Assembly: GCA_001798885.1 (NCBI GenBank)
Contig: MGQW01000086.1
Location: forward strand, 7,079-71,078
DNA: 64,000 nt
Reading direction: 5' to 3'
Origin: Deltaproteobacteria bacterium RBG_16_64_85
GTDB lineage: Bacteria; Desulfobacterota; Deferrimicrobia; Deferrimicrobiales; Deferrimicrobiaceae
Below are positions 52,207 to 63,268 of the stretch, in pieces (the stretch's first letter is position 1; every line of letters begins with the position of its first letter). A program made the position numbers and the translations under genes. A model generated the notes under the pieces. The model had not been told where the DNA came from. It saw nothing but the letters and a program-made list of their open reading frames with translations, and ran no database searches.

Positions 52207-53163
52207 GTGGACCGAAATCTGGCGCTGGAAGTGGTCCGGGTAACGGAAGCGGCGGCGCTGGCGGCCGCCCGGTTGATGGGACGGGGAGACAACGTCGCAG
52301 CGGACGAGGCGGCGGTGACCGCCATGAGGAAGGCCTTGAACTTCGTCCAGTTCAAGGGGCGCGTGGTGATCGGGGAAGGGGAGCGCGACGAGGCTCCCAT
52401 GCTCTACATCGGCGAGGAGGTCGGGGCCTCCGACTCCCCCCGCGTCGACATCGCGGTGGACCCCCTGGAGGGGACGAGCATCGTCGCCACGGGCGGCAAC
52501 AACGCCCTTGCCGTCATCGCGATCGCGGAAGAGGGCGGGTTCCTCCACGCCCCGGACACCTACATGCAGAAAATAGCGGTCGGTCCGAAGGCAAAGGGCT
52601 CCATCGACATCCTGGCTTCTCCCACGGAGAACCTCCGCAGCATCGCCAAGGCGCTCCGGAAATACGTGGAGGACCTCTGCGTCATCATCCTCGATCGGCC
52701 CCGCCACCAGGAGCTCATCCGGGAGTGCCGGGAATCCGGCGCGCGGATCAAGCTGATCGGCGACGGCGACGTGGCGGGCGCCATCGCAACGGCGAAGGAA
52801 GAATCGGGGGTCGACGTGCTGATGGGAATCGGCGGAGCGCCGGAAGGCGTGCTCGCGGCAGCCGCGCTGAAATGCATCGACGGGGACTTCCAGGGGATCC
52901 TCAAGTTCCGCAACAAGGAGGAGGCCGAGCGGGCGAAGGCGATGGGCGTGGACGACCCGAACCGGGTCTACCGGATGGACGAACTCGCCCGTACCGAAGT
53001 GATGTTCGCCGCAACCGGGGTGACCTTCGGGGATTTCCTGAAAGGCGTCCGGTTCTTCAGCGGGGGGGCGCACACGCAATCGATCGTGATGCGCTCTAAA
53101 TCGAAGACCCTCCGGACCATCGATACGACCCACTTCTTCGAACTCAAGCCGAAGTACGATTGA
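52207..53163 (+). CDS. glpX: class II fructose-1,6-bisphosphatase
   Basis: GTG start; GlpX-family N-terminus and length (318 aa). Confidence 0.9.
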   Translation: MDRNLALEVVRVTEAAALAAARLMGRGDNVAADEAAVTAMRKALNFVQFKGRVVIGEGERDEAPMLYIGEEVGASDSPRVDIAVDPLEGTSIVATGGNNALAVIAIAEEGGFLHAPDTYMQKIAVGPKAKGSIDILASPTENLRSIAKALRKYVEDLCVIILDRPRHQELIRECRESGARIKLIGDGDVAGAIATAKEESGVDVLMGIGGAPEGVLAAAALKCIDGDFQGILKFRNKEEAERAKAMGVDDPNRVYRMDELARTEVMFAATGVTFGDFLKGVRFFSGGAHTQSIVMRSKSKTLRTIDTTHFFELKPKYD

Positions 53164-53166
53164 TCG

Positions 53167-53379
53167 ATGGACGCTACGGGGCGCATTGAAATCGACTTCA
53201 AGCGGTGCAAGGCCTGCGAGCTGTGCGTGCCCGCCTGCCCGACGAACTGCATCGAGATCGGCGTGAAGATCAACCCGCAGGGCTACGCGGCCGCGGTCTT
53301 CGCAAGGCCAGAGGACTGCACGGGGTGCGTGATCTGCGCGGAGGCCTGCCCGGACGTGTGCATCGAGGTTTGGCGATGA
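53167..53379 (+). CDS. 2-oxoacid:ferredoxin oxidoreductase delta subunit (2x[4Fe-4S] ferredoxin)
   Basis: Two CxxCxxCxxxCP motifs in 70 aa; stop overlaps the alpha-subunit start. Confidence 0.85.
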   Translation: MDATGRIEIDFKRCKACELCVPACPTNCIEIGVKINPQGYAAAVFARPEDCTGCVICAEACPDVCIEVWR

Positions 53380-54452
53380 GCCTGGCGACGGCCGCCGCGC
53401 ACCGCCTCCTGATGAAAGGGAACGAGGCGATCTGCGTCGGCGCAATCGCCGCGGGGTGCCGGTTCTACTACGGCTATCCGATCACCCCGCAGAACGACAT
53501 CCCCGAATATATGTCCGCCCACCTGCCGCCGATCGGGGGGACCTTCCTCCAGGCGGAGAGCGAGATCGCCACGATCAACTTCATCCTGGGGACCTCGGCT
53601 TCGGGAAAGCGGGTGATGACCTCTTCTTCGGGGCCCGGGATTTCGCTGATGCAGGAGGGGCTCTCCTACATGGCCGGATCGGAGCTGCCCGCCGTCATCG
53701 TCAATATCTCGCGGTCCGGACCCGGGCTGGGCGGGATCGCCCCGTCGCAGGGCGACTACTTCCAGGCGGTCAAGTGCGGCGGCCACGGGGGGTACCGGAT
53801 GCCCGTCCTGGCGCCGCATTCGGTCCAGGAGATGTACTCCCTGACGATGCTCGCCTTCGACCTCGCCGACAAGTACCGGAATCCCGCCATGATCCTCGGG
53901 GACGCGATCGTGGGACAGATGAAGGAGCCTTTCGAGACGATCCCGTACGTACCGGGCGTTTCCCTGGAGAAGCCCTGGGCGTTGACCGGTTGCGAGGGCC
54001 GTCCGAGGAAGCACCTCAAATCGCTGTATCTCAAGGACAACGCGATCGAGATCCACAACTGGAAGCTCCACCGGAAATACCTGCGGATGCAGGAAGAGGA
54101 GGTTCGCTACGAGGACTACCGCCTCGACGGAGCGAAGATCGCGATCGTCGCCTTCGGGACCGCTGCGCGGGTGAGCAAGACCGCCATCCAGTGGGCCCGG
54201 AAGGAAGGGATCGCGGTCGGCATGCTGCGGCCGGTCACCCTGTTTCCCTTCCCCTCCGCCCGGGTCGATGCGGTCGCCAGGCTCGCGGACGTCGTGCTGG
54301 TGATCGAGATGAACACCGGGCAGATGCTGGAAGACGTGAAGGTCAGTACGACGTTTCACGACAAGGTCCGGTTCCTCGGAAAGCCCTGCGCAATGCCTAC
54401 TCCCGAGGAGATCCACGGGGAGATCCGGAGACTGGCGGGAAGGGCGGCATGA
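53376..54452 (+). CDS. 2-oxoacid:ferredoxin oxidoreductase alpha subunit
   Basis: Por/Kor/Vor alpha family (358 aa); overlaps the beta-subunit start. Confidence 0.88.
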   Translation: MSLATAAAHRLLMKGNEAICVGAIAAGCRFYYGYPITPQNDIPEYMSAHLPPIGGTFLQAESEIATINFILGTSASGKRVMTSSSGPGISLMQEGLSYMAGSELPAVIVNISRSGPGLGGIAPSQGDYFQAVKCGGHGGYRMPVLAPHSVQEMYSLTMLAFDLADKYRNPAMILGDAIVGQMKEPFETIPYVPGVSLEKPWALTGCEGRPRKHLKSLYLKDNAIEIHNWKLHRKYLRMQEEEVRYEDYRLDGAKIAIVAFGTAARVSKTAIQWARKEGIAVGMLRPVTLFPFPSARVDAVARLADVVLVIEMNTGQMLEDVKVSTTFHDKVRFLGKPCAMPTPEEIHGEIRRLAGRAA

Positions 54453-55228
54453 CGACGGAAGGCAAGGATCGCTTCGAGAAGCAGGTGTTCTCCCGGCCGA
54501 AGAGCCTGGTAAACGTGAAAACCCACTTCTGCCCCGGCTGCCACCACGGGATCGCGCACCGGATCGTGGCCGCGACAATCGACCATTTCGGGCTGCGGGA
54601 AAAAACGATCGGCGTTGCCTGCGTTGGGTGCTCGGTGTTTTTGTACGACTACATCGACGTCGACGTGGCGGAAGCCCCCCACGGACGCGCGCCGGCGGTG
54701 GCCACGGGCGTCAAGCGGGCCCAGCCGGACAAGTTCGTCTTCACCTACCAGGGGGACGGCGATCTCGCAGCCATCGGGACCTCCGAGGTCATCCATGCCG
54801 CGAACCGCGGGGAGAACATCACCGTCATCTTCGTCAACAACACGACATACGGGATGACGGGCGGACAGATGGCCCCAACGACGATGCTCGGCCAGAAGAC
54901 ATCCACTTCCCCCTACGGGCGTGACTTCCGGAAAGACGGCTATCCGATCAAGATGGCCGAGCTGCTGGCCCCCCTGGAAGGGACGGCCTACTCGGCGCGG
55001 GTGGCGACCAGCACGCCGGCGCAGATCCGCAAGGCCAAGGAGGCGGTGAAAAAAGCGTTCGACATGCAGCTCAAGGAGATGGGGTTCTCGATCGTGGAGT
55101 TCCTCTCCACCTGCCCGACGAACTGGGGAATGAAGCCCGTCGACGCCCAGAAGCGGGTCCTCGGGGAGATGTCGGAATATTTCCCGCTGGGCGTGTTCAA
55201 GGAACGCAAGCAGGCGGATTTCGTATGA
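54449..55228 (+). CDS. 2-oxoacid:ferredoxin oxidoreductase beta subunit (TPP-binding)
   Basis: CPGCHHG Fe-S Cys, GDG...N TPP motif ([32 protein letters not shown]). Confidence 0.9.
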   Translation: MTTEGKDRFEKQVFSRPKSLVNVKTHFCPGCHHGIAHRIVAATIDHFGLREKTIGVACVGCSVFLYDYIDVDVAEAPHGRAPAVATGVKRAQPDKFVFTYQGDGDLAAIGTSEVIHAANRGENITVIFVNNTTYGMTGGQMAPTTMLGQKTSTSPYGRDFRKDGYPIKMAELLAPLEGTAYSARVATSTPAQIRKAKEAVKKAFDMQLKEMGFSIVEFLSTCPTNWGMKPVDAQKRVLGEMSEYFPLGVFKERKQADFV

Positions 55229-55776
55229 ACACCGACGTCATCATGGCGGGGTTCGGAGGCCAGGGGATTCTCATGATCGGGAATCTCCTGTCCATCGCGG
55301 CGATGGAGGAGGGGAAGCACGTCACCTATTTCCCCGCCTACGGGGTCGAGATGCGCGGGGGGACCGCCAATTGCACGGTCGTCATCTCCGACGAGGAGAT
55401 CGGGTCCCCCGTGGTGGGGCGCCCGAAAGCATGCGTCATCATGAACGGCCCGTCGCTGGAGAAGTATCTCCCGATGCTCCAGGAGGGAGGCGACCTGGTG
55501 ATCAACCGATCGCTGGTCGATCCGGCGAAGGTCGGCCGCGGCGACCTGCGGCTGCTGTCGATCCCGGCCAACGACATCGCGCGGGAGGTCGTCGGGAGCC
55601 AGCAGCTGGCCTCGATGGTGGCCTTGGGGGCCTACGTGACGGTCGCCGGTGTGGTCCGGATGCAGACGCTGTTCGACTGCCTCCCAAAGGTCATCTCGAA
55701 AAAATACGAGAAGTTCATCCCGCTCAACGTCAACGCCCTGAAGGAGGGAGAATCCTTTGCCCGACATCACCCGTGA
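55225..55776 (+). CDS. 2-oxoacid:ferredoxin oxidoreductase gamma subunit
   Basis: [15 protein letters not shown] gamma-subunit signature. Confidence 0.88.
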   Translation: MNTDVIMAGFGGQGILMIGNLLSIAAMEEGKHVTYFPAYGVEMRGGTANCTVVISDEEIGSPVVGRPKACVIMNGPSLEKYLPMLQEGGDLVINRSLVDPAKVGRGDLRLLSIPANDIAREVVGSQQLASMVALGAYVTVAGVVRMQTLFDCLPKVISKKYEKFIPLNVNALKEGESFARHHP

Positions 55777-56410
55777 CGAATCGTTGGACGACCTGCTTTC
55801 CAAGATCGCAGAGGAGTCGGGTGACTGGGGACCGGCCGCCGGGGATCCGGAGGTACAGGTAGGCGACCACATCCGGGAGTTCCGGGAATCCAGGGGCCTC
55901 TCCCTCCAGCAGCTGGCGGAAAAGACGGGGTTCTCGACGGCGTTGCTGTCGCAGATCGAGAACCGCATGACCTCCCCCCCTCTGGGAACGCTGGTGAAAA
56001 TCGCCAATGCCCTCGACACCTACGTTTCCTCCTTCATCGGCAAGGAGGAGCGGGAATTCTCGATCGTCCGGAAACAGGACCGGACGACCGTCTCCCGGGT
56101 GGGGTTGAAGGATGGAGGCCAATCGGCCTACACCTACGAGGCGCTCGGCGCCGGGAAGGCCGGCCGGAAGATGGAGCCGTTCCTGGTACGCCTGAAACCG
56201 CTGATCGACCGGAACGTGGTGCGGAACTCCCACGAAGGGGAGGAGTTCCTCTACGTCCTTTCCGGACGGGTGGAGGTCTTCCTGGACAAATATTCCGACC
56301 TGCTCGGCGAGGGGGACTGCATCTACTACAATTCCACGATCCCGCACCACGTCCACTCGGCCGAGGAGAAGGAAGCGCTGATCCTCGCGGTTCTCTACCA
56401 GGGCAAGTGA
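55757..56410 (+). CDS. XRE-family HTH + cupin transcriptional regulator
   Basis: HTH_3 (LSLQQLAEKTGFSTALLSQIENR), then a cupin beta-barrel (EGEEFLYVLSGRVEV...H..H). Confidence 0.8.
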   Translation: MPDITRDESLDDLLSKIAEESGDWGPAAGDPEVQVGDHIREFRESRGLSLQQLAEKTGFSTALLSQIENRMTSPPLGTLVKIANALDTYVSSFIGKEEREFSIVRKQDRTTVSRVGLKDGGQSAYTYEALGAGKAGRKMEPFLVRLKPLIDRNVVRNSHEGEEFLYVLSGRVEVFLDKYSDLLGEGDCIYYNSTIPHHVHSAEEKEALILAVLYQGK

Positions 56411-56416
56411 GGGGCC

Positions 56417-57469
56417 GTGGGCGCGGCGGACGGCGCGCTCCGATTTGCGAGACGGACCTCAGAGGACCCCGCGCGCGCGGCATCCCGCTGGAAAGCCCTG
56501 ACTGGGCGCAAGGCCGTCGGCTGTCTCCCTCTTTTTATCCCGGAAGAGATCCTTCACGCCGCGGGGATGCTCCCCGTAACGGTCTGGGGGGATGAATACG
56601 GAGATTCTCCCGCCTCCTGGGAAGTTCTCGACGGCTGGGTCTTCCCTCCCGTTCCGGGCCTCCCTGCGGAGCCCGAAAGATTCCTGACCGAGATGGCTTC
56701 CGGACAGCCGCAGGTTTCCCTTCGCTTCACACCCAGGAGCATGAAAGTCCCTTCGACGGAGGAGACGCTCGATCAGGTCGAGCGGCTTCGCGAGTGGGCC
56801 GGTGAAATCTCGGGAAGGCCGGCCTCCGACGGGGCGCTTTCGAAGTCCATCTCCATCTTCAACGAAAACCGGGGGTTCATCTCCTTGCTGGAAGGAAGGC
56901 TGGCGGCATCTCCAGGAGCCTATTCGGCCCTCGAGGTTTTCTGGTTGCTGCGCTCCGCGATGGCGCTGCCCAGGGAGGCGCACACCTTGCTGCTTCGGGC
57001 CGCGCTTTCCCGCGATCCGGCGCCGGCGCGGCATTTTCGGGCCAGGCTCTTCCTGGGAGGAAGGATGGCACCCCGGCCCGTCATGGAGGCCATCGACAGT
57101 GCGGGGGGGGTCCTGGTTGGAGATGACCTCGACGCGGGGCACCGAAACAATGAAGCGATGGCCGATGAAAGGGGGGATCCTCTGCTTTCGCTTTCACGCC
57201 GCTTGAGGGCCCAAATTCTCGGGAAGACGGAGACGGAAGTGGAGCCTTCGTGGGCTGTCCGCGTGCTTACGCGAATCGAGGCATCCGGAGCGGACCGGTT
57301 CCTTTACCTCGCGACAGGCTCGGCCGCTTTCCCGGAAGAGGCCGGGAAGCTTGCCGCGGAGGCCGGGAAGCGGGGTATCCCGTTTCTCTCACTGGAACTG
57401 GATTCTTCTTCGCGATTTTCGGAACGGGAAAAAGAAAAGGTCTCATCGTTCATCGCGTCGAGCGGGTAG
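56417..57469 (+). CDS. 2-hydroxyacyl-CoA dehydratase family protein (HgdB/HadC/BcrB-like), divergent; lacks the Fe-S ligand cysteines
   Basis: N-terminal KAVGCLPLFIPEEILHAAGMLPVTVWG aligns with the HgdB hallmark [27 protein letters not shown]; only one Cys in 350 aa. Confidence 0.55.
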   Translation: MGAADGALRFARRTSEDPARAASRWKALTGRKAVGCLPLFIPEEILHAAGMLPVTVWGDEYGDSPASWEVLDGWVFPPVPGLPAEPERFLTEMASGQPQVSLRFTPRSMKVPSTEETLDQVERLREWAGEISGRPASDGALSKSISIFNENRGFISLLEGRLAASPGAYSALEVFWLLRSAMALPREAHTLLLRAALSRDPAPARHFRARLFLGGRMAPRPVMEAIDSAGGVLVGDDLDAGHRNNEAMADERGDPLLSLSRRLRAQILGKTETEVEPSWAVRVLTRIEASGADRFLYLATGSAAFPEEAGKLAAEAGKRGIPFLSLELDSSSRFSEREKEKVSSFIASSG

Positions 57470-57558
57470 AGGAGTCTCCTGCCGAACGGGAAAATTGGGA
57501 TTGACACGTTTCGGGGATTTTGGATACGATCTTTGCCAGTTAACGTAAGGTGGTAAAT

Positions 57559-57957
57559 ATGGGGTCCGCCGAGAGCATACCGACCTATACGATCGGCGAA
57601 CTGAGCCGGATGGTGAACCTCACCCAGAGGACCATCCGGTATTACGAAGAGATCGGCCTCCTGCACAGCGTCCGCCGGATCGAGAACGGGAAGCGCGTCT
57701 ACACGGACGACGACGTCCGGCGGCTGAAATTCATCAACCGGCTCAAGATGCTGGGACTGTCCCTCGCGGAGATGATCGAGCTGGAGAAGATCTACCGGGA
57801 GCAGCGCAACAACCGGGAAATCATCCCCAAGCTGATCGTCCTCCTGGACCAGCGGGCCGCCCAGATCGACGATCGGATCAACCAGCTGATCGCGCTCAAG
57901 AAGGAGATCCGGGAATACCAGGTGCGGCTGCGCGGGAAGCTGCCGCAGGAAACGTGA
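57559..57957 (+). CDS. MerR-family transcriptional regulator
   Basis: YTIGELSRMVNLTQRTIRYYEEIGLL HTH; coiled-coil C-terminus. Confidence 0.85.
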   Translation: MGSAESIPTYTIGELSRMVNLTQRTIRYYEEIGLLHSVRRIENGKRVYTDDDVRRLKFINRLKMLGLSLAEMIELEKIYREQRNNREIIPKLIVLLDQRAAQIDDRINQLIALKKEIREYQVRLRGKLPQET

Positions 57958-57989
57958 ACCCCGGCGAACGTTCGCCCAAGGAGAACGCC

Positions 57990-59168
57990 ATGAAGGAAGT
58001 GGTCATCACCGGAGCGGCAAGGACGGCAATCGGAAGCCTCAACGGGACGATCGGGGACATTCCGGCCCCCAGGCTCGGCGCGATCTCGATTGCGGAGGCG
58101 ATTACCCGCAGCGGGATCAAGAAGGAAGACGTGGACCAGGTCATCATGGGAAATGTCCTTCCCGCCGGAGCCGGGCAGGCCCCCGCACGACAGGCCGGCA
58201 TCTACGCCGGGGTCCCGGTCTCCGCCGGCGCCATGACGATCAACAAGATGTGCGGCTCGGGCCTGAAATCCGTCATGCTGGCGGAGCAGGCGGTCGCGAC
58301 CGACGAGTTCGAAGTGATCGTCGCGGGCGGCATGGAGTCGATGACCCAGGCCCCCTACCTGCTGAAGAAAGCCCGATCGGGATACCGGCTGGGAAACGAC
58401 ACGATCTACGACCACATGATCATCGACGGGCTGTGGGACGTCTACAACAACCTCCACATGGGAAATTGCGCGGAGCTGCTGGCCAAGGAGCACCGCATCA
58501 CCCGCGAGGAACAGGACGAGTTCGCGGCATCCTCCTATAACCGGGCGCTTGCGGCGATCCGGGAAGGGAAATTCGAGAAGGAGATCGTCGGCGTCGAAAT
58601 TCCGCAGCGGAAAGGCGACCCCCTGGTGTTCAAGGTGGACGAGGAGCCTGGCCGCGGGAACGTCTCCAAGCTCTCCTCGCTGAAGCCGGTGTTCCAGAAG
58701 GACGGCACCGTCACGGCGGGGAACGCCTCGACGATCAATGACGGCGCGGCGGCGGTGGTGGTGATGTCGGCGGAGAACGCGAAACGCCGCGGAATCCGGC
58801 CGCTCGCCAGGATCCTCGGCTATTCCACGGCCTCCATGGAACCGGTGTGGTTCACCGTGGCCCCGATCGACGCCATCCGGAAGCTCCTGCAGAAGACCGG
58901 GGTCGACAAGGACAAGGTGGGGCTCTACGAGATCAACGAAGCGTTCTCCGGCGTCGCCATCGCCGCGATCCGGGGGTTGAAGCTCGACCCGGGCCGGGTC
59001 AACGTGAACGGCGGCGCGGTGTCGTTGGGACACCCGATCGGCGCATCGGGCGCACGGATCCTGACGACGCTTCTCTACGCGATGGAAGACCGGAACGAAA
59101 AGCTCGGAATCGCGTCGCTGTGCATCGGCGGCGGCGAAGCGGTCGCGATGCTGGTCGAGCGGATCTGA
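57990..59168 (+). CDS. acetyl-CoA C-acetyltransferase (thiolase II)
   Basis: [15 protein letters not shown]...; NKMCGSGLK (Cys nucleophile); C-terminal ...[11 protein letters not shown]. Confidence 0.93.
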   Translation: MKEVVITGAARTAIGSLNGTIGDIPAPRLGAISIAEAITRSGIKKEDVDQVIMGNVLPAGAGQAPARQAGIYAGVPVSAGAMTINKMCGSGLKSVMLAEQAVATDEFEVIVAGGMESMTQAPYLLKKARSGYRLGNDTIYDHMIIDGLWDVYNNLHMGNCAELLAKEHRITREEQDEFAASSYNRALAAIREGKFEKEIVGVEIPQRKGDPLVFKVDEEPGRGNVSKLSSLKPVFQKDGTVTAGNASTINDGAAAVVVMSAENAKRRGIRPLARILGYSTASMEPVWFTVAPIDAIRKLLQKTGVDKDKVGLYEINEAFSGVAIAAIRGLKLDPGRVNVNGGAVSLGHPIGASGARILTTLLYAMEDRNEKLGIASLCIGGGEAVAMLVERI

Positions 59169-59287
59169 CGAATGCGCGGGGCTACGGCTCCACTTCGGCG
59201 TCAATCGGTTGTTTACCGCTGGATTCCTCGCGGGGGGCTTCCTCTCCGCTGCGGAATCCCGCGGTAAGCAATATAAAGGAGGAAGAT

Positions 59288-60145
59288 GTGGAGCTGAAGA
59301 CCATCGGAGTAGTTGGAGCGGGGCAGATGGGCGGCGGGATCGCCCAGGTAGCCCTCATGAGCGGGTTCAAGGTTCTGCTGAACGACGTATCCGACGCGTT
59401 CCTCTCGAGAGGGCGCGCCGGCATCGAGAAGGGTCTGGAGATCCTCGTCCGAAAGGAGAAGATCACCGCGGCGGACCGGGAGAAAATGCTGGGGAACCTT
59501 GTCGCCACGACGAACCTTTCCGACTTCTCCGCCTGCGACTTCGCGATCGAAGCGGCGACCGAGCGAGTCGATTTGAAACACACGCTGTTCCGGAAGCTGG
59601 ACGAAGTCGTCCCCGCGGGGAAGATCCTGGCCACCAACACATCGTCGATCTCCATCACGGGGATCGCCTCGGTGACCCGGCGGCCGGAGAAGGTCGTCGG
59701 GATGCACTTCATGAACCCCGTGCCGCTGATGAAACTGATCGAGGTCATCCGGGGCCTGCAGACGTCCCAGGAGACGTTCGACGCGACGATGGACCTCTCC
59801 CGCCGCCTCGGGAAGGAGCCGGTACCCGCCAACGACTACCCGGGGTTCGTCGCCAACCGGATCCTGATGCCGATGATCAACGAGGCCGTCTACGCGCTCA
59901 TGGAAGGGGTGGGAAAACCCGAGGACATCGACGCCATCATGCGGATGGGGGCGAACCACCCGATGGGCCCCCTGGCGCTCGCCGACCTCATCGGGCTGGA
60001 CACCTGCCTGGAGGTCCTGAAGGTGCTGCAGGAGGGGTTAGGGGATCCCAAGTACCGCCCCTGCCCGCTGCTCAAGAAGCACGTGGAGGCCGGCTACCTG
60101 GGGAAGAAGACCGGGCGCGGCTTCTATTCCTATCCGAAGGGATAA
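59288..60145 (+). CDS. hbd: 3-hydroxybutyryl-CoA dehydrogenase
   Basis: GTG 59288 after an AAGGAGG RBS; [14 protein letters not shown] fold; 285 aa. Confidence 0.9.
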   Translation: MELKTIGVVGAGQMGGGIAQVALMSGFKVLLNDVSDAFLSRGRAGIEKGLEILVRKEKITAADREKMLGNLVATTNLSDFSACDFAIEAATERVDLKHTLFRKLDEVVPAGKILATNTSSISITGIASVTRRPEKVVGMHFMNPVPLMKLIEVIRGLQTSQETFDATMDLSRRLGKEPVPANDYPGFVANRILMPMINEAVYALMEGVGKPEDIDAIMRMGANHPMGPLALADLIGLDTCLEVLKVLQEGLGDPKYRPCPLLKKHVEAGYLGKKTGRGFYSYPKG

Positions 60146-60156
60146 GGGAGGCAGAG

Positions 60157-60939
60157 ATGGAATACGCGAACCTCCTCGTTGCCGTATCCGACAAGATCGC
60201 GACGATCACCGTCAACCGTCCCAAGTCGCTGAACGCGCTGAACCCCGCCACGATGCGGGAGCTATCGGCCGCCTTCGAGGAGCTCGCCGCCCGGGAGGAC
60301 GCAGGGGTCGTGCTGCTCACGGGCGCGGGGGAAAAGGCGTTCGTGGCGGGCGCCGATATCTCCGAGATGCGACACTTCACCCCTGTCCAGGCCCTGGAGT
60401 TCGCGCTTTTCGGGCAGGGGGTCCTCGAGCGCATCGAGCGGCTCCCGCAGCCGGTCATCGGCGTGATCAACGGCTATGCGCTGGGAGGAGGGTGCGAGCT
60501 CGCAATGGCGTGCGACCTCCTGATCGCGGCCGACACCGCGAAGTTCGGGCAGCCCGAGGTCGGTCTCGGCATCATCCCCGGGTACGGCGGCACGCAGCGG
60601 CTCCCCCGCCTCGTGGGGCGGAACCTCGCGAAGGAGCTCGTCCTGACGGGGGAAATGATCACCGCACAGCGGGCCTATGAAATCGGCCTGGTGAACCGGG
60701 TCGTCCGGCAGCCCGAACTGATGAACGCCGCCCGCGAGGCGGCCGCGAAGATCCTCTCCAAGGGACCGGTCGCCGTTCGCGCCGCGAAGATGGCAATGAA
60801 CCGGGGCCTGGACCTCGACCTATCCAACGCGTGCGCGCTGGAGGCGAACGCCTTCGCCGTGGGCTTCTCCACCGCGGACAGCGCCGAGGGGATGACCGCC
60901 TTCCTTGCGAAGCGGAAAGCCGTCTTCACGGGCAAGTAG
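60157..60939 (+). CDS. enoyl-CoA hydratase (crotonase family)
   Basis: 260 aa; oxyanion-hole motifs (FVAGADI, GYALGGGCELAMACD). Confidence 0.9.
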   Translation: MEYANLLVAVSDKIATITVNRPKSLNALNPATMRELSAAFEELAAREDAGVVLLTGAGEKAFVAGADISEMRHFTPVQALEFALFGQGVLERIERLPQPVIGVINGYALGGGCELAMACDLLIAADTAKFGQPEVGLGIIPGYGGTQRLPRLVGRNLAKELVLTGEMITAQRAYEIGLVNRVVRQPELMNAAREAAAKILSKGPVAVRAAKMAMNRGLDLDLSNACALEANAFAVGFSTADSAEGMTAFLAKRKAVFTGK

Positions 60940-60979
60940 AGAAGAGAGCGCAACCAAATACCCACAGGGAGATCGCGAG

Positions 60980-62122
60980 ATGGTGTTCGACTTGACGGAA
61001 GAGCAGCGGATGATCCAGGAGATGGCGCGGAACTTCGCGCAGAAGGAGGTCCTGCCCAAGGCCGCGGAGCTGGACGAGACGGGGCGCTATCCCGGGGAGC
61101 TCGTGCGGCAGATGGCGGAGCTCGGCCTGATGGGGGTCGCCGTTCCCGAGGAGTACGGCGGCTCCGGGATGGACAACATCTGCTACGCGATCGCGATGGA
61201 AGAGATCGCGCGGGCGTGCGCCTCCACGGCGGTCATCCTGTCGGTGAACAATTCGCTGGTCTGCGATCCGCTCCTGAAGTTCGGAACGGAGGAGCAGAAG
61301 ACGAAGTACCTCGTGCCGCTGGCTTCCGGGAAAAAGCTCGGGTGTTTCGGGCTGACCGAGCCGGGGGCGGGTTCCGACGCAGGCTCCCAGAAGACCACTG
61401 CCGTCCGGAACAGCGACCACTACGTCGTCAACGGGACGAAGAATTTCATCACCAACGCCCCCGAGGCAGACACCTGCATCCTCTTCGCGATGACGGACAA
61501 GGAGAAGAAGCACAAGGGGATAACAGCCTTCATCCTTGACATGAAGTTATCAGGCGTATCTATTGGTAAACATGAAAAGAAAATGGGGATAAAAGCTTCT
61601 CCTACCGCTTCCGTAATCCTGGAGGATGTAAAGATCCCTGCGGCGGACCGGCTGGGGAACGAAGGGGAAGGTTTCAAAATCGCCATGAACACGCTGGACG
61701 GGGGACGGATCGGCATCGCCGCGCAGGCCATCGGGATCGCCCGGGCATCGCTGGAGGATGCGCTTGCCTATGCGAAGGAGCGGAAGCAGTTCGGCCAGCC
61801 GATCGCCGAATTCCAGGCGATCCAGTGGATGCTGGCGGACATGGCGACCGAGATCGACGCGGCGAGGCTCCTGGCCTACCGGGCGGCGTGGCTCAAGGAC
61901 CGGAAAAGCCGGCACTCCAAGGAGTCCGCGATGGCGAAGCTGTACGCTTCGGAAACCGCCATGCGCGCCGGCGTGAAGGGGATCCAGATCCACGGAGGCT
62001 ACGGGTACATCAAGGAATACCCGGCCGAGCGGCACTTCCGGGACGCGAAGATCACCGAGATCTACGAAGGAACATCGGAAATCCAGCGTCTGGTCATTGC
62101 CTCCGCGCTTCTCAAGGATTGA
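60980..62122 (+). CDS. acyl-CoA dehydrogenase, short-chain (butyryl-CoA dehydrogenase-like)
   Basis: 380 aa ACAD fold; catalytic-Glu region [13 protein letters not shown]. Confidence 0.93.
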   Translation: MVFDLTEEQRMIQEMARNFAQKEVLPKAAELDETGRYPGELVRQMAELGLMGVAVPEEYGGSGMDNICYAIAMEEIARACASTAVILSVNNSLVCDPLLKFGTEEQKTKYLVPLASGKKLGCFGLTEPGAGSDAGSQKTTAVRNSDHYVVNGTKNFITNAPEADTCILFAMTDKEKKHKGITAFILDMKLSGVSIGKHEKKMGIKASPTASVILEDVKIPAADRLGNEGEGFKIAMNTLDGGRIGIAAQAIGIARASLEDALAYAKERKQFGQPIAEFQAIQWMLADMATEIDAARLLAYRAAWLKDRKSRHSKESAMAKLYASETAMRAGVKGIQIHGGYGYIKEYPAERHFRDAKITEIYEGTSEIQRLVIASALLKD

Positions 62123-62127
62123 ACGGA

Positions 62128-63261
62128 ATGCGCTTCGATCTGACGGACGAACAGCAGCAAGTCCTCGATATGGTCCGGTCGCTCGCGCGGAAGTCTTTCG
62201 CGCCCAAAGCGGCGGAGATCGACGAAGCGGCCCGCTATCCGGAAGAGAACATGCGGCAGCTGGCCGAGCTGGGACTCCTCGGGATGCTCTACCCGGCGGC
62301 CTACGGAGGATCGGAGGCGGGCGCGCTGGCCTATAACGTCGCCCTCCGGGAGGTCGCCGGAGGATGCGCTTCCACGGCGGTCGGGATGGGCGTGACCAAT
62401 ATGGTCGGCGAGACCATCTGGCGGTTCGGAAACGAGGAGCAGCGAAGGAAATTCCTCCCCGGACTGGCGTCGTACGACATCCTGCTGGGGGCGTATGCTC
62501 TCACGGAGCCCTCGGCGGGATCCGATGCGGGAAGCCTGAAAACCGCCGCCGTCGAGGACGGCGACCACTACGTTCTCTCCGGGAACAAGGTCTTCGTTAC
62601 CAACGGCGCCTACGCCGGGGTGACGATTGTCATGGCGGTGACGCAGAGGGAGCCGAGGAGGATCGGCGCTTTCCTCGTGGAGCCGGGGATGCCCGGTTTT
62701 TCGGTCGGCAAAGCCGAGCACAAGATGGGGCTTACGGGATCCCACACCGTTTCCCTGACGTTCGACGAATGCCGGGTCCCGAAGCGAAACCTGCTGGGAA
62801 GCGCCGGAGACGGGTTCAAGATCGCGATGGCGGCGCTGGACGGGGGCCGCATCGGCATCGCGTCCTTGTCGATCGGGATCGCCCGGGCAGCCATTGAAAC
62901 GGCAACGGTCTACGCGAAAGACAGGAAACAGTTCGACCAGCCGATCGCAGAATTCCAGGCGGTCCAGTGGATGCTGGCCGACGCCGCAACGGAGCTGGAC
63001 GCCGCGCAGCTCCTCGCCTATCGGGCCGCGTTCCTCAAGGAGCAGGGAAGGCCGTATACACGCGATGCGTCGATGGCGAAGATGTTCGCCTCGGAAGCGG
63101 CAAACCGGGCCTGCCATAAAGCGGTCCAGATCCTGGGCGGGTACGGCTACATCCGGGAGTACCCCGTGGAACGACACCTGCGCGACGTCAAGGTCAGCAC
63201 GATCTTCGAGGGGACGTCCGAGATCCAGCGGATCGTCGTCTCTCGGGCGCTCCTGCGGTAG
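62128..63261 (+). CDS. acyl-CoA dehydrogenase, short/branched-chain paralog
   Basis: 377 aa; roughly half identical to the preceding ACAD by eye. Confidence 0.93.
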   Translation: MRFDLTDEQQQVLDMVRSLARKSFAPKAAEIDEAARYPEENMRQLAELGLLGMLYPAAYGGSEAGALAYNVALREVAGGCASTAVGMGVTNMVGETIWRFGNEEQRRKFLPGLASYDILLGAYALTEPSAGSDAGSLKTAAVEDGDHYVLSGNKVFVTNGAYAGVTIVMAVTQREPRRIGAFLVEPGMPGFSVGKAEHKMGLTGSHTVSLTFDECRVPKRNLLGSAGDGFKIAMAALDGGRIGIASLSIGIARAAIETATVYAKDRKQFDQPIAEFQAVQWMLADAATELDAAQLLAYRAAFLKEQGRPYTRDASMAKMFASEAANRACHKAVQILGGYGYIREYPVERHLRDVKVSTIFEGTSEIQRIVVSRALLR

Positions 63262-63268
63262 GCGGATC

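Noticed and set aside
59215-59265. Palindromic GGATTCC...GGAATCC and G-rich segment in the thiolase-hbd spacer, considered as a REP-like repeat or regulatory site
   Set aside because: It is a single occurrence in the window with no repeated copy elsewhere, and the structure is imperfect. It is probably just spacer sequence carrying the hbd RBS.
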